Shown: piece after piece, positions 63,470-64,000 of the stretch
Layout: every line of letters starts with the position of its first letter
How positions within the stretch are numbered: the stretch's first letter is position 1
IMG/VR virus record: IMGVR_UViG_3300042463_000422
Location: 5,966-69,965 of that record
Source: a virus
Strand: one strand, 5' to 3'
Length of the DNA stretch: 64,000 nucleotides
Notes under the pieces: model-generated
What the model saw: only the letters and a program-made list of their open reading frames with translations
Told to the model about the DNA's origin: nothing
The model's database searches: none
Translations under genes and position numbers: made by a program

Positions 63470-64000
63470 GCGTTGGCCCGTATCGGCCCAAGTCTGAAGA
63501 CTTGGAATAAACCGCACGGTGGACACCCTAGGCGACGTGGACGCCGCTTGCATCTAGGGCAAACCGGTTGACCCCAACGGGATCGGACCGGCAAAGAGAA
63601 TGGACCCAACGGGTCCGGGTAAGGGTTGAAGTGTGCAGTGACCCTGCACGGGTATGGGTAGACTTTACCTTTAACGGCATACCTATAGGTACACCGGGCC
63701 GCTTGCCATTGCTGAAGAACCACGGTCGCGCCCTCCATGGTCAATGACCATGTAGGCTACCCTCAGTGCCAACTCGCTCCGATAGCTCATTGCCCAATTC
63801 GACCGCAGACTGTCAGGTGGATTCCGACACACCCCTTGCGGGGCCTTGAACCGACTCACGGGACCGGCCACACCCTTGAGAGGGCCGCCGTCTCCGACCT
63901 TACGGTTGAGCTTTGAAAGAACCGTCAGCACCGCCTCGCTTTCGCTTGGCACTACCGACACCACCCCTAGGAAACGCCTTCCTTTTCTCCGAATTGTGGG
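63470..64000 (-). ncRNA. large structured non-coding region / leader RNA (may extend beyond the window)
   Basis: About 12 hairpins, GNRA loops in minus orientation, long-range AGUGCCAA/UUGGCACU pair; no credible ORF. Confidence 0.5.

Noticed and set aside
63494-63730. Plus-strand CUGAAGA hammerhead-like cores at 63494 and 63712
   Set aside because: No stem II followed by GAAA and no NUH site
63034-63964. ORFs 63034-63744 and 63683-63964
   Set aside because: Pro/Arg-rich, not protein-like; region better explained by the 133-aa gene and structured RNA
1-64000. CRISPR array, diversity-generating retroelement, retron, group I/II intron
   Set aside because: No regularly spaced repeats, reverse transcriptase, TR/VR pair or intron core seen

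Overview
A 64-kb stretch of a dsDNA tailed phage genome, probably podovirus-like: it has portal, capsid, nozzle, long fibres and large ejection proteins, and no tape measure or tail tube is recognisable. The host is probably Verrucomicrobia/PVC, inferred only from the SSB and DnaB sequence style. Layout: (i) 1-15.8 kb, minus strand: accessory genes, RNA ligase, MazG-like NTP-PPase, DnaB, replication initiator with internal iterons, RuvC-like resolvase, RecE-like exonuclease plus Sak4, dNMP kinase and TerL; (ii) 15.9-52.0 kb, plus strand: head, lysis, glycosyltransferase, tail fibres including one of 2650 aa, nozzle and ejection proteins including one of 3053 aa; (iii) 52-64 kb, minus strand: an ncRNA/tRNA cassette, SSB, a tyrosine recombinase lacking its first catalytic Arg, a gp88-like protein, an amidoligase plus class II GATase pair, lysozyme and small early genes. 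The strongest unexpected signal is at RNA level. A type I hammerhead (62980-63038) and a circularly permuted twister ribozyme (62364-62418) bracket three small early genes. Both carry nearly the same hairpin just before the cut site, and together they would excise a 592-nt RNA with 5'-OH and 2',3'-cyclic-phosphate ends. Also present: a 154-nt CCA-ended tRNA-like RNA with large D- and T-arm insertions, an initiator-like tRNA(CAT) lacking the 3GC pairs, a >500-nt structured leader, eight copies of a GGTGTnnnACACC promoter/operator palindrome and a likely -1 frameshift after the capsid gene. All calls come from reading motifs by eye; no database search or folding program was run.
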